Assembly (NCBI GenBank): GCA_963787255.1
Contig: CAWBCJ010000029.1
Location: 640,001 to 704,000, forward strand
Length of the DNA stretch: 64,000 bases
From: Methanobacteriota archaeon
GTDB lineage: Archaea; Methanobacteriota; Methanobacteria; Methanobacteriales; Methanobacteriaceae
Reading direction: 5' to 3'
Part shown: positions 25,171 to 35,299 of the stretch, piece by piece
Layout: each line of letters begins with the position of its first letter
How positions within the stretch are numbered: position 1 is the first letter of the stretch
Made by a program: the position numbers and the translations under genes
The notes under the pieces: generated by a model
Told to the model about the DNA's origin: nothing
Seen by the model: only the letters and a program-made list of their open reading frames with translations
The model's database searches: none

Positions 25171-25965
25171 ATGAAAAAACAGGGAAAAATTATAATTTTA
25201 GTAGCATCATTGATTATTTTACTTTCTACAGTTGCAGTGTTTTCATTTTTCCCGCAACTAACAAATACAGATTTTAAATTTATGGATAACGGAGCTACTA
25301 ATAATACAAATTCAGATAACTTAAATAAAACAAGTAATGAATCAGGACAGGGTACAGTTACCCCAGAAAGGACTTCCAGCCCTTCTAACAATATACTTGG
25401 AACTAGGGAGTATGGAATGGTTGTAAAAGAAGGACCTTATGGTAATAAGAATTCTGCTATAAAAGTGGCTTATATAGTTGGAGTACATCCCTTGGAGTCC
25501 AATGCTCATAGAGCTGCCATTGAATCAATTAAAAGTGATGATAATTCCTTAAAAAAATGTTATTACATATATAATGTTGTAGTTACTCAAAATGCAAACG
25601 ATTACAATAAAGGACGAATGAATGGCCAATTGCTGGCTAATGCATTTATTGTGCCAGACATTAAAAGCCAGGGCTTCCAGCTTGCAGTGGATGTACACTC
25701 TAACAGAGGAAATTATGGGGAAAATAGATTTGTATTCGCTCCTGTTCAAGGAGGTAAGTCTGAATCCATTGCACGAAACGTTGTAAACAGTATTCCCGGA
25801 TTAGCATATCACGTTCCTTTCTCACAGACAAGTCCGCAATATGTGACTATTCCTCTTATTAACGCAGGAACACCAGCCATCATCTTTGAAACGCTTATTA
25901 ATGAGCCTTACAGCACAACAAAAAGCTATGTTGACAGATTAGTTCGGGCAGTGGATAATATATGA
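25171..25965 (+). CDS. Membrane-anchored putative M14-like zinc carboxypeptidase/deacylase
   Basis: N-terminal TM; N/S/T-rich linker; GVHPLE (HxxE), DVH, FET. Confidence 0.55.
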   Translation: MKKQGKIIILVASLIILLSTVAVFSFFPQLTNTDFKFMDNGATNNTNSDNLNKTSNESGQGTVTPERTSSPSNNILGTREYGMVVKEGPYGNKNSAIKVAYIVGVHPLESNAHRAAIESIKSDDNSLKKCYYIYNVVVTQNANDYNKGRMNGQLLANAFIVPDIKSQGFQLAVDVHSNRGNYGENRFVFAPVQGGKSESIARNVVNSIPGLAYHVPFSQTSPQYVTIPLINAGTPAIIFETLINEPYSTTKSYVDRLVRAVDNI

Positions 25966-26037
25966 TCAAAAAATTTTGAAGTCTTAATATTCCAATTAGT
26001 TTTTTTGCACCTCCAATGAAAAAAAAATAAATTAGTT

Positions 26038-26844
26038 TTAATTTTTCTTTTTTAATTTAATTAAAATGATCTCTGGAGGTGCAAAAATCCTTAAAGGTGC
26101 TATAATGGTTCCGATACCATTACTTATCACTAAAGTTGTGTTGTCTAACTTTTTTACTCCAGTTAAGTACTGCTGCCCGTATTTAGAGTGTGTAATTGGC
26201 GCCCATAATCCCAATAAAGTAATTTGTCCACCGTGTGTATGCCCTGAAAGCATTAAATCAACTCTTGATTTATCTACTTCTGGAAAATAGTCAGGATTGT
26301 GGGATACAAGTATTACAAAGTCATTTTTATCTGCATCACCTATTGCCATGCTCTGGTCTTGGGAATCCCGTATATAATCTCCCACACCACCAGCACGGAT
26401 TTTTGCACTATTATTTTTAATCTATAACCCTTTATTTCCGATGTATGTTATATTTGCATTTTTCATGGCAATAATTGATAATTCAGGAGGATCATTATTT
26501 CATAAAACTCCATAAACGCCTAGAGGAGCTTTTAATTTTGATAATTTATTAAAGCAAGAATTTACTTCAGGCGAATCATCACTTACATAATCCCCTCCAA
26601 GAAGGATCATGTCTGGATTTAGTTCATTCACTTGGCTAACCAGATCTTCTGTTCGGCGATCATTAAAAAATAAGCTTTGATGAATATCAGTTATAAAAAC
26701 AATTTTCTTACCGTCAAAATCTGTGGGAATGTCATTTGATTCTATAATTATTTCTTTTGTTTGAATAAAGTAAGGTTCCATTAAACCATAAATTAAAAAT
26801 GTAATCATAATAATTATGAGAGCTGTAATGATTTTTTTGAGCAT
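26038..26844 (-). pseudogene. Metallophosphoesterase (YkuE-like) with two in-frame stops
   Basis: DIH, GGD, SHNPD, GHTHGGQ; TGA at 26500-26502 and TAG at 26422-26424 in one continuous frame. Confidence 0.85.
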
Positions 26845-27005
26845 ATCTTATCCCTTACTTATTTTCACTGTTTGGCATCTTCATCAAAATTATAAATTAA
26901 TTCATAAATCATTATAAAAGACTCTAATTTCATGAATATTTATATAATATTTTCTATTAATTGAAAATATTCATATTATTTAAAACATATTAATTTTAGA
27001 AAAGC

Positions 27006-27377
27006 ATGAATAACAGGAATTCAGGAAATAAAAGTAAAGATTCTAATAAAAAGTATAAAAAATCATTAATATGTCATAGAAGACCTGATAGGACATTTAA
27101 AATTAAGGATTATTATTTTCCAGTTTGTTCAAGATGCACAGGAATATATATTGGCGCGATTTCATTTTTTGTTTATTCCTATATATTTGAAGTAGATTAT
27201 AGCATATTTACACTTTTAACCTCTGTTTTAATATTAATTCTTGCATTTTTGGATGCATTAACTCAATATTATAGTATTAGAAATAGTAATAACACAATAC
27301 GATTCGTTACAGGCCTAATTGCAGGAATTGGAGTTATTATTTTCATTAAATCATTAAAATTTGTTTCAATTGGTTAA
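27006..27377 (+). CDS. DUF2085-family membrane protein
   Basis: CHRRPDRTF...PVCSRCTGIY...R.SNN..R..TG. Confidence 0.85.
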   Translation: MNNRNSGNKSKDSNKKYKKSLICHRRPDRTFKIKDYYFPVCSRCTGIYIGAISFFVYSYIFEVDYSIFTLLTSVLILILAFLDALTQYYSIRNSNNTIRFVTGLIAGIGVIIFIKSLKFVSIG

Positions 27378-27454
27378 TGTAACTTTTTTTTGTTAATAAA
27401 AAATTTTTCTTGTTTAAAAAATAAAGATATATATTAGTTTTAGAGGTAGTACAA

Positions 27455-27874
27455 ATGTTTGGAATGACAAAAAAACAGTTTTTAAAGAGAAGTAAAAAAA
27501 CTTTGAATCAAACTGGTGGTTTGCTTCTTTTAATTAGAGGAATAATGGATAAAGAAAGTAGCGGAAATATCAATAATGAAGAGATCTCTAAACAAATTGA
27601 TAGTATCCGGAAAAACATAGAATCTATTTTTTTTGAATTTGAAAAAATAAATCCTCCCTCTAAATATGTTACAATGCATTTGAGGATTTTAAGGGCGCTA
27701 GTTGATCTGCAGGAAGTTGTAACTTTGAATTCTGAATATTTATCTGCCGCTAAAGATGGTTTAGAAGAAAAAGCGAAGGATAAATTAAAAGAATCCCGAA
27801 ATCGGCTGGAAAAATTCAGAAAAGAGTTCCATAGCATAGCTAATGAGGTCAACACTCTTTTACTAGAAAAATGA
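27455..27874 (+). CDS. Hypothetical helical-bundle protein
   Basis: GAGGT SD; 139-aa ORF with no recognisable motif. Confidence 0.6.
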   Translation: MFGMTKKQFLKRSKKTLNQTGGLLLLIRGIMDKESSGNINNEEISKQIDSIRKNIESIFFEFEKINPPSKYVTMHLRILRALVDLQEVVTLNSEYLSAAKDGLEEKAKDKLKESRNRLEKFRKEFHSIANEVNTLLLEK

Positions 27875-28117
27875 CTGTTTTTATGATTACATGATATAAG
27901 GCTTTCTATTTAAGTGGAATAGTAAATTATGGTATTATTAAAATTTAAATGAATTATAAGAAATAGATGTAATACCAGAAAAGGCGTATTTGCAGCTAAT
28001 AATATGATGAAAACTCTTTCAAAGCCTTAAAATTAAAATATCAGCATTAAATTTAAGAATAACTCAACTGACAGCGAATTCAGTCATTTTCATTATTACA
28101 AATTATGAAATTGGGAA

Positions 28118-28777
28118 TTGGTGCAGATGTTAAGAGATCTTTTAATTAACAAGGAATTATTTGATAAAATCAGAGAAAAAGCTTTAAAGGAATGGGAAGA
28201 AGATGATGCACTCCTAAAAGTGGAAGCACTGGAAAAGAGGGTCTTTAAGAAACTAAGAAAGAAGAGATCACTTAAAAAACTAAAAAAAATAGGAATTAAA
28301 AAAACAGATCTTAAACAAATAATAGAACTTTCAGATATTGTAAGTTTAGAGCTATTTGGAGATCTTTCTGATTATCAGATTACAGAAGAACACCCCGAAT
28401 GGTGTAGTCACTGTGGCACCTGCTGCACTCAATCGTCTCCAATATTTATTCATAGAGATGAAATAAATCCCATACTTCTTTTTAGTCCCAATTTAAAAGG
28501 GGAAATAGTAAAAAATAAGGATTATCCTGAGCACTTCATGTTTAAAGAGGATTTACCCTGTAAATTCCATAATTCGGAGACTAAAAGGTGCAAAATATAT
28601 GATGTCAGGCCGCAAGTTTGTAGAACTTATCCTTTAGTCTTGATTGGGGATGATAAGCCACGTTATATTATTGATTTACGTCATAAATGTGATTATTCAA
28701 CGAGGATAGTATTAGAAAAAGCTATAATATTGTTTGACGAGGCAGTAAAGCGTCTTGAAAGGGTCAATAAAAAATAA
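28118..28777 (+). CDS. YkgJ-family CxxCxxCC zinc/iron-chelating protein
   Basis: CSHCGTCC...PCKF...CKIYDVRPQVCRTYP. Confidence 0.85.
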   Translation: MVQMLRDLLINKELFDKIREKALKEWEEDDALLKVEALEKRVFKKLRKKRSLKKLKKIGIKKTDLKQIIELSDIVSLELFGDLSDYQITEEHPEWCSHCGTCCTQSSPIFIHRDEINPILLFSPNLKGEIVKNKDYPEHFMFKEDLPCKFHNSETKRCKIYDVRPQVCRTYPLVLIGDDKPRYIIDLRHKCDYSTRIVLEKAIILFDEAVKRLERVNKK

Positions 28778-28792
28778 AATAACTGATTAAAA

Positions 28793-29899
28793 TTAATTTA
28801 AACTCTCACACAGCTCAACAGCTTTCTTTGCAGCGGCTTCCATTGAGGTTTCATAGGAAACGCCCGCTTCAGTTAAAATACGCTGTCCTTCTTCTTCATT
28901 AGTGCCAGTAAGCCTTATAACAAGTGGAACTTTACGTTCAGCACCATTTAAAACATCTATAACTCCGTTTGCGACATCATCTGCACGAGTTATCCCACCA
29001 AGCACGTTTAAAAAGATTACTTTAACATTGGGTTCGTTGAGTACAAGATTTAATGCCTTGGCGATATTTTCCTGGGATGAACCACCACCGATATCTAAAA
29101 ATGTGGCTGGTTTCCCACCATATAGGTTAATCATGTCCATTCCAGTTAAAGTAAGCCCTGCACCGTTTCCTATAACTGCAATGTCGCCGTCAAGGGTTAC
29201 ATATGCAAATTCATCTTTCCTGGCTTCTTCAAGCTCTGCAAACTCTTTATGTCTCCACAGCGAATCATCGTCAATTTCAAGCTTTGCATCAGCTGCAATA
29301 AGTCCTTCAGGAGTTAAAACAAGTGGATTTATTTCGGCTATGGTAGCGTCATATTTTTGAAATACATTGAACAATTTCCAAATGAATCCGCCCATTTGTG
29401 AAATCATTTGGTTTGAAACTCCCATTTTTCTGGCTATTTCACGTGCTTCGTAAGGCATAAATACTTCCAAAGGATTTACATGACATTTAACAATTTTTTC
29501 AGGAGTGTTACTTGCAACTTCCTCAATATCAACGCCTCCTTGAAGACTTGCCATTATAAGCGGTTTTTTAGCGGATCTATCCATAACAACGCTTATATAA
29601 AATTCTGATTGAATATTGATTTTTTCTTCAACAAGAACTTTATTGACCTTCTCTCCTTTAATTTCCATTCTTAAAAGCTCTTTTGCAACATTCTTAGCAT
29701 CTTTGGGAGAATTTGCAAATTTTATTCCTCCAGCTTTTCCCCTTCCACCAATAAGAACCTGAGATTTTAATGCAACTGGTTTGTTTATCTTTGCTGTGGC
29801 CTTTCGTGCCTCTTTTACATTTACTGCAACATAACTTTCTGGCACGGGAATTCCTTCCCTTTTAAATATCTCTTTCGCGCTGTATTCAAAGAATTTCAA
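28793..29899 (-). CDS. sucC: Succinyl-CoA synthetase beta subunit
   Basis: GGRGKAGG, EINPL, GNGAGL, FLDIGGG. Confidence 0.93.
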   Translation of the reverse strand: MKFFEYSAKEIFKREGIPVPESYVAVNVKEARKATAKINKPVALKSQVLIGGRGKAGGIKFANSPKDAKNVAKELLRMEIKGEKVNKVLVEEKINIQSEFYISVVMDRSAKKPLIMASLQGGVDIEEVASNTPEKIVKCHVNPLEVFMPYEAREIARKMGVSNQMISQMGGFIWKLFNVFQKYDATIAEINPLVLTPEGLIAADAKLEIDDDSLWRHKEFAELEEARKDEFAYVTLDGDIAVIGNGAGLTLTGMDMINLYGGKPATFLDIGGGSSQENIAKALNLVLNEPNVKVIFLNVLGGITRADDVANGVIDVLNGAERKVPLVIRLTGTNEEEGQRILTEAGVSYETSMEAAAKKAVELCESLN

Positions 29900-29902
29900 C
29901 TT

Positions 29903-30457
29903 TTAACCCCCATCTATAAGTTCCAACCCGGCTTCAAAGGCAGCAATATTTTTCTTTTCTGTTCCTGGCGGCACACTTTCAGCTATAGCATTTCTTGCAG
30001 CCTCTTCAGACACAACTCTAGTTGCCCTTGTTATGGCCCCAATCATAACAATATTGGCTACTATGCCAAGTCCAATTTTTTCAGTGGCAGTTTTTGTTGC
30101 TGGAGCTTTAAAATAATTAATATTATGTTTTTCAATAAATGGAAGTATTTCTTCTTCCTTAATCATATCCGGATCAACTATTAATATTCCACCGTCTTTC
30201 AAGTCGTCTAAATATTTTATTAATGCCTCATGGGACATGGCAACGAATATATCTGGATGCTGTACCTTTGGATAATCTATTTCACTGTCACTGATCACTA
30301 CTTCTGTCCTTGAAGCCCCTCCTCTTGCTTCTGGACCGTAAGACTGTGTTTGAACAGCAAATACATTATCATAAATGGAAGCAGCTTTACCTATGACAAT
30401 TCCGGCAAGAATTATCCCTTGTCCACCAAATCCTGCAATTCTTATATCTTTTCGCAA
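29903..30457 (-). CDS. korC: 2-oxoglutarate:ferredoxin oxidoreductase gamma subunit
   Basis: AGFGGQG; SYGPEARGG. Confidence 0.9.
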   Translation of the reverse strand: MRKDIRIAGFGGQGIILAGIVIGKAASIYDNVFAVQTQSYGPEARGGASRTEVVISDSEIDYPKVQHPDIFVAMSHEALIKYLDDLKDGGILIVDPDMIKEEEILPFIEKHNINYFKAPATKTATEKIGLGIVANIVMIGAITRATRVVSEEAARNAIAESVPPGTEKKNIAAFEAGLELIDGG

Positions 30458-30487
30458 TTTAAACCCTCTTATGATTAGTTAAATGTA

Positions 30488-31360
30488 TTAGAATTCAGTT
30501 TTATAAGCTGATTTACGGGATGCAGGTGTTCCATTTTCGCATTGTTGATTAACCATTTCACATAGTCCTTCTGAAAACTCAAGCCTGCTTCTATCTGCAA
30601 AATCACCTACAATAATCTTTCCTTCAAGCTCTTCTTCGCTCATTGTGTCAGCTTTTCTTTTAACCACACTATTTTCTTTCATCCATTTCATCATGTCAAC
30701 TGGAGACCGCATTTTATTTTTTCGCCCAAAGTAAGTTGGACACTGGGATATAACTTCAATAAATGAAAATCCTTTATTCTGTAGGCCCTTTTTAATGGCA
30801 TTTGAAAGCTGTACTGGATGTGCAGTAGTCCATCTTGAAACGTAGCTTGCCCCCGCAGCAGTTACAAGTTCTGCTAAATCAAAAGGTGATTCAAGCGCTC
30901 CATAAGGCGCTGTACTTCCAAAACTTCCTTTTGGTGATGTAGGACTTATTTGTCCTCCGGTCATTCCGTAAATACTGTTGTTTATACAAATTACTGTAAG
31001 GTCTATGTTTCTTCTTGCACCGTGAATTAAATGATTTCCTCCAATTGCTGCAGTGTCACCGTCTCCACTTATTACTACAACATCCATTTCGGGATTTGCT
31101 AATTTAACTCCTGTTGCAAATGCAATTGGCCTTCCATGTGTGGTATGAAGTGAATCGCATCTAATGTAACCAGGTATTCTTGAGGAACATCCTATTCCTG
31201 AAACCATTGTAATGTTATCAAGGTCTTTTTCTGCCAGTTCCATGCCGTTAAAGAATGTGTTTATGACAATTCCATTTCCACATCCAGCACAAAAGATGGT
31301 AGGCATCCTTTCTCTTCTTAAATAGCTCATAAAACGATTTCCTTTCGTTTTATCATTCAT
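30488..31360 (-). CDS. korB: 2-oxoglutarate:ferredoxin oxidoreductase beta subunit
   Basis: CAGCG, GIGCS, TPP motif GDGD...NN. Confidence 0.92.
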   Translation of the reverse strand: MNDKTKGNRFMSYLRRERMPTIFCAGCGNGIVINTFFNGMELAEKDLDNITMVSGIGCSSRIPGYIRCDSLHTTHGRPIAFATGVKLANPEMDVVVISGDGDTAAIGGNHLIHGARRNIDLTVICINNSIYGMTGGQISPTSPKGSFGSTAPYGALESPFDLAELVTAAGASYVSRWTTAHPVQLSNAIKKGLQNKGFSFIEVISQCPTYFGRKNKMRSPVDMMKWMKENSVVKRKADTMSEEELEGKIIVGDFADRSRLEFSEGLCEMVNQQCENGTPASRKSAYKTEF

Positions 31361-31396
31361 TTCTTCATCTCCTAATAGATTAAGTAAACAGACTGT

Positions 31397-32531
31397 TTAT
31401 TTGCATGATTCAATTTCTTTTAGAATTTCATCTGGACGGTGCATTTCTCCACCTATTTTTGGAAGTAGAGATACTTCAGCATCACATTTCGCAACTCTTT
31501 CCACTTCATGAACAATTTGACCAAGGTTCATTTCAGCAACAATAATATGATTCGCATGCTTGGCTACAGAATCTAATGACTTTATCTGGGAAAGGCCACA
31601 CAATTTCTAATTTAACATGCCCTGCCTTAATACCTTCATCACGTGCTTTTTTTACTGCAGTAATTGCAGATCGAGATGGTGCCCCGTATGATACTACAAT
31701 AACATCTGCGTCTTCGGTATAAAGCTCCTTAACTTGAGTTAATTCATCTCTATGCTTAAGTATTTTATTACACAATCTTTTAACAAGTTTTGAATGAGTT
31801 TCAGGATTTGATGCATCAGGATAACCCCTTTCATCATGAGTAAGTCCTGTAATATGCATTTTATAACCCGCTCCAAATGGTGGCATTGGTGAAACTCCAT
31901 CAGGCTCTGCCTTATATGGTAAAAACGTTTCTGGCCCTTCTTCAGGCATTTTCCGTGGAATAATATCTACAGTCTCAGGTATGACTATTTTTTCTCTCAT
32001 ATGGCCCGCAGTTTCATCACTCATAACCATAACTGGAACTCTATATTTTTCTGCTAAATTGAAGGCTTCCACAGTAAAATCAAAGCACTCCTGTACTGAT
32101 GCTGGTGCTAAAGCTATTATTTCATAATCACCATGTGATCCCCACCGTGCTTGCATCATATCACTTTGAGAGGTCATTGTGGGCTGTGCAGTTGAAGGAG
32201 AACCTCTCTGTACATCTACAATAACAAGAGGTGTTTCTGTCATGGCAGCATAACCAATATGTTCCTGCATCAAAGAAAAACCAGGTCCAGAGGTCGCTGT
32301 CATACATTTCATTCCTCCCCAAACGGCACCTATAACTGCACCAAGTGCTGAAATCTCATCTTCCATTTGTATGAATGATCCACCTTCTTTGGGTAGAAAT
32401 ATGGCCATATCTTCTGCAATTTCAGTAGAAGGTGTAATAGGATAACCAGCAAAAAATCTGCAGCCTGCTTTAATGGCTCCTCTTGCACAGGCTTCGTTTC
32501 CTTGTATAAAATAATGAGTGATTTTTTCCAT
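31397..32531 (-). CDS. korA: 2-oxoglutarate:ferredoxin oxidoreductase alpha subunit (apparent 1-nt insertion near 31571)
   Basis: GYPITP, ATSGPG; C-terminus (EMNLGQ) continues in another frame. Confidence 0.88.
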
Positions 32532-32546
32532 TTTAATTCTCCTGAA

Positions 32547-32762
32547 TTATTTTTCTTCTGCTTCAGCTTCATCTACTTTTATAGCCTGATCTGGACACAT
32601 AAGAGCGCAAAGATTGCATTTAGTACACTTTTCTTCGTTTTTAGGTACTGGAAGATGTACTCCTTTTTTATCCAGTTCTTTTGACTGTTCGTAAACCTTG
32701 CGGGGGCAAAATTCTGTGCAAATGTTGCACCCTTTACATAAATTTTCGTCCACTTTTATCAT
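32547..32762 (-). CDS. korD: 2-oxoglutarate:ferredoxin oxidoreductase delta (ferredoxin) subunit
   Basis: Two CxxCxxCxxxCP motifs. Confidence 0.9.
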   Translation of the reverse strand: MIKVDENLCKGCNICTEFCPRKVYEQSKELDKKGVHLPVPKNEEKCTKCNLCALMCPDQAIKVDEAEAEEK

Positions 32763-33018
32763 GGTATCCCTTAATAAAATTTAATTTAAAAGAGCAATTC
32801 TATTGAATGAATATATCGTTGATTATATAAATACGCTATTTCTTTGATCACTGTTGTTATAAAAAAAAATCACGTTTTTAATAAGATTTTAAACTATCTC
32901 TTGCCCTATGACTTTATTTACATCATCTACACATCTAGTAGCGAATTTCAAATCTTCATACATTGTAAACTATTTAAATTCACCATTAAAATGAAAATTT
33001 CATTAAAAGACATTTATC

Positions 33019-33391
33019 TTATTCATCTGCTTCTTTAACATACATTAAAGGATATTTAAGCTCTTCTATATATTCCATCATTAAAACTGCCTTTTTATCC
33101 TCATATTTTGAAATAACTTTTATATTCATCATTTCCCCACTTAAAGATACATAATCAAACTCACTTTTAGATTCTTCAAGTATTTTTCTATTTATTTTTA
33201 CTTCAACTTCATCAATACAAGGCTGAAGCTCCATGGCAGTTTTTATAGATTTTTCCAAGTTAGGATGCACTTTCTAAATTTACAGGAGTCCCAACAAACT
33301 GATGAAATAGGGCACCCATAGTAATTGCACCTTCAAATATTGCTCTTTCCCTATTTGAAATGTTTTTAAAGTATTTTTCGTCAATATCCAT
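33019..33391 (-). CDS. mptD: Archaeal dihydroneopterin aldolase (apparent 1-nt insertion near 33262)
   Basis: RERAIFEGAITMGALFHQFVGTPV in the upstream frame; QP...YPLMYV downstream. Confidence 0.8.
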
Positions 33392-33511
33392 TAAATCACC
33401 GGATAATCTTTCAACCTCTAAAATTAATTATTTTTTAATTATTAATTAATATAGGTTAATTTTTTACATCTTAGTTGAACCGATTTTAAATATTTAGAAA
33501 GTTTCTACAGT

Positions 33512-34249
33512 TTAAAATTCAAACCAACTCTTAATATTGGATATTTCGGATGTTATGTTATTTGGAGGTATTGGAAAGACATATGCATAGATTAGAAACA
33601 GAGTAAGCGCAACAATGGCTAATTAATAAAATTATTTTATCATCATTAACCGGATAGAAGATAGGTTAATATTAATCCAAATCCTAAAAAGAGGCTTATA
33701 TACAAGATGGAATATGGAATTTGAGTATTCGAATCTGGGTTAGTATCGCCCACATAGCTAAATGGATGTACCTCTGTTTGATTGGCCTGAATAATTAGTC
33801 TTCCTTGGTTGATCCCAAAGGGTAACAGGTAATTAAAAATAGAGGTTTTTCCTTGTTCTACAGATAACTATAAGATGCTGGAACAATGTATGACTTAACT
33901 ACATTATACTCAACATTTCCTATGCCTGGCCACGATAAAGTTATATTATCTCCTTTCTTAAGCTTGTCAAGATTTAGAAAAGGAGAACCGTAAAATGTTC
34001 TATGGCCAAATAAAATAACCGTTCCTAATCCTGGTATAGGATGATTCTAGGCTCGTGATATATGCCGTAATCAATGGATTTGTTATTTATGCTTTGATCA
34101 ATCCCAATTGATGGAATTTTTAAGTAAGGAACAGTGGTTTGATTTTCATCAACATTAGTTTCTGCAGCTGCATAATAACTTACTTCAACTAAAAAATAGA
34201 GGGATATTATCAACATCCCTGCTATAATAAAAACTGTAGATAATTTCAT
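33512..34249 (-). CDS. Sortase (class E-like) with C-terminal TM helices; several frameshifts in this sequence
   Basis: Reconstructed across frames: LKIPSIG, GIYH, LFGHRTFYGSPFLNLDKLKKGD, LFLITCYP, KERL (His/Cys/Arg triad); 3' end approximate. Confidence 0.75.
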
Positions 34250-34295
34250 GTGTACTATCGTTTTGTCGTTGATTTTATTTGTAATTATCTGTTGC

Positions 34296-35225
34296 TTATC
34301 TCATGAATCTGGCGTAAACTAAACCACCTGCAGCTAATACGCCTCCAATTACAAATAGACCGTATGGAAGTCCTGTTTCTTTGGTTGGTACTGATGGAGT
34401 TGAGGCTGCGCTTGTTTTTGGAATAGATGAAGATGCTTTTCCAGTTCCGGATGATGAAGATGAAGTAGAAGGCCATTGATAGATATAAGTTATTCCCTGT
34501 GATCCGCCTGCAGCTAAATTAAGATCCCATGCAGCGACTTTTCCATTCAGTACAAAGTCTTTGTCTAAAAACGTTACTTTTGGATTACTGTATATCAGTT
34601 TTGAATCAACAGGTACAATTGGGGCTCTTATTATCCCTGAAACAGCATGTGCATCTCTATTTACAACTAATAAACAGAATTTACCTCTCCAGTATTGAAG
34701 ATCTAAATCTGGATTAAGCATTTCTATTTCATTTGGTTGGAACCAAGATGAGCCTAGTCCTGGATCTGGAATTAGGGGCCAGTAAATGTTTGGTTGGGAA
34801 GCCTGATTTAATATAGCAAAAATCAACGGTTGGTCAGTTGAATTTCCAATGGCTCTAAGTTTGAAACTTACAGTTTTTGTTTCACCTGGTTGTATCTTCC
34901 AACCATAATCTCCACCAAGTTCTGGAGAAACAGCATCTATCATTTTAAGTGCTTGAGGGTCTGTCCAGTCAATTACCCAATTAATTGTACCGTTTAAATT
35001 AGCAGTGTATTTTTGACTTATTTTAAAATACTGAACGTGATCTTTGTTATTTTTTATTTTAACAGTTATTACTGAAGCTAGATCAGTCATATATACACTT
35101 ACGTTACTTGGAGTTATCCATGTTTCTGCACCATATGCCACATTATTATTTGATATAATCCCACATGTTACACCTAAAACTGCCAATAAAACTATCAGTC
35201 CCACACTTATCCTATTTAGATCCAT
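34296..35225 (-). CDS. Secreted beta-rich surface protein with C-terminal sortase-type sorting signal
   Basis: N-terminal signal; S/T linker; VPTKETG motif + TM helix + basic tail (RFMR). Confidence 0.75.
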   Translation of the reverse strand: MDLNRISVGLIVLLAVLGVTCGIISNNNVAYGAETWITPSNVSVYMTDLASVITVKIKNNKDHVQYFKISQKYTANLNGTINWVIDWTDPQALKMIDAVSPELGGDYGWKIQPGETKTVSFKLRAIGNSTDQPLIFAILNQASQPNIYWPLIPDPGLGSSWFQPNEIEMLNPDLDLQYWRGKFCLLVVNRDAHAVSGIIRAPIVPVDSKLIYSNPKVTFLDKDFVLNGKVAAWDLNLAAGGSQGITYIYQWPSTSSSSSGTGKASSSIPKTSAASTPSVPTKETGLPYGLFVIGGVLAAGGLVYARFMR

Positions 35226-35299
35226 TATATCCCCTTTTTTTATTTAATCCTGATTTTATAAGATTCCTAATTTTAAGTGGTTATTTATTTTTATTCTTT

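Noticed and set aside
26422-26502. Sec/Pyl read-through of the in-frame TGA and TAG
   Set aside because: The positions correspond to Gly and probable Trp, each one substitution from the sense codon; no recoding machinery or signal is visible
31560-31600. Programmed frameshifting in korA (and likewise hemA, cysK, mptD)
   Set aside because: No consistent slippery site or stimulatory structure; sequencing error is simpler
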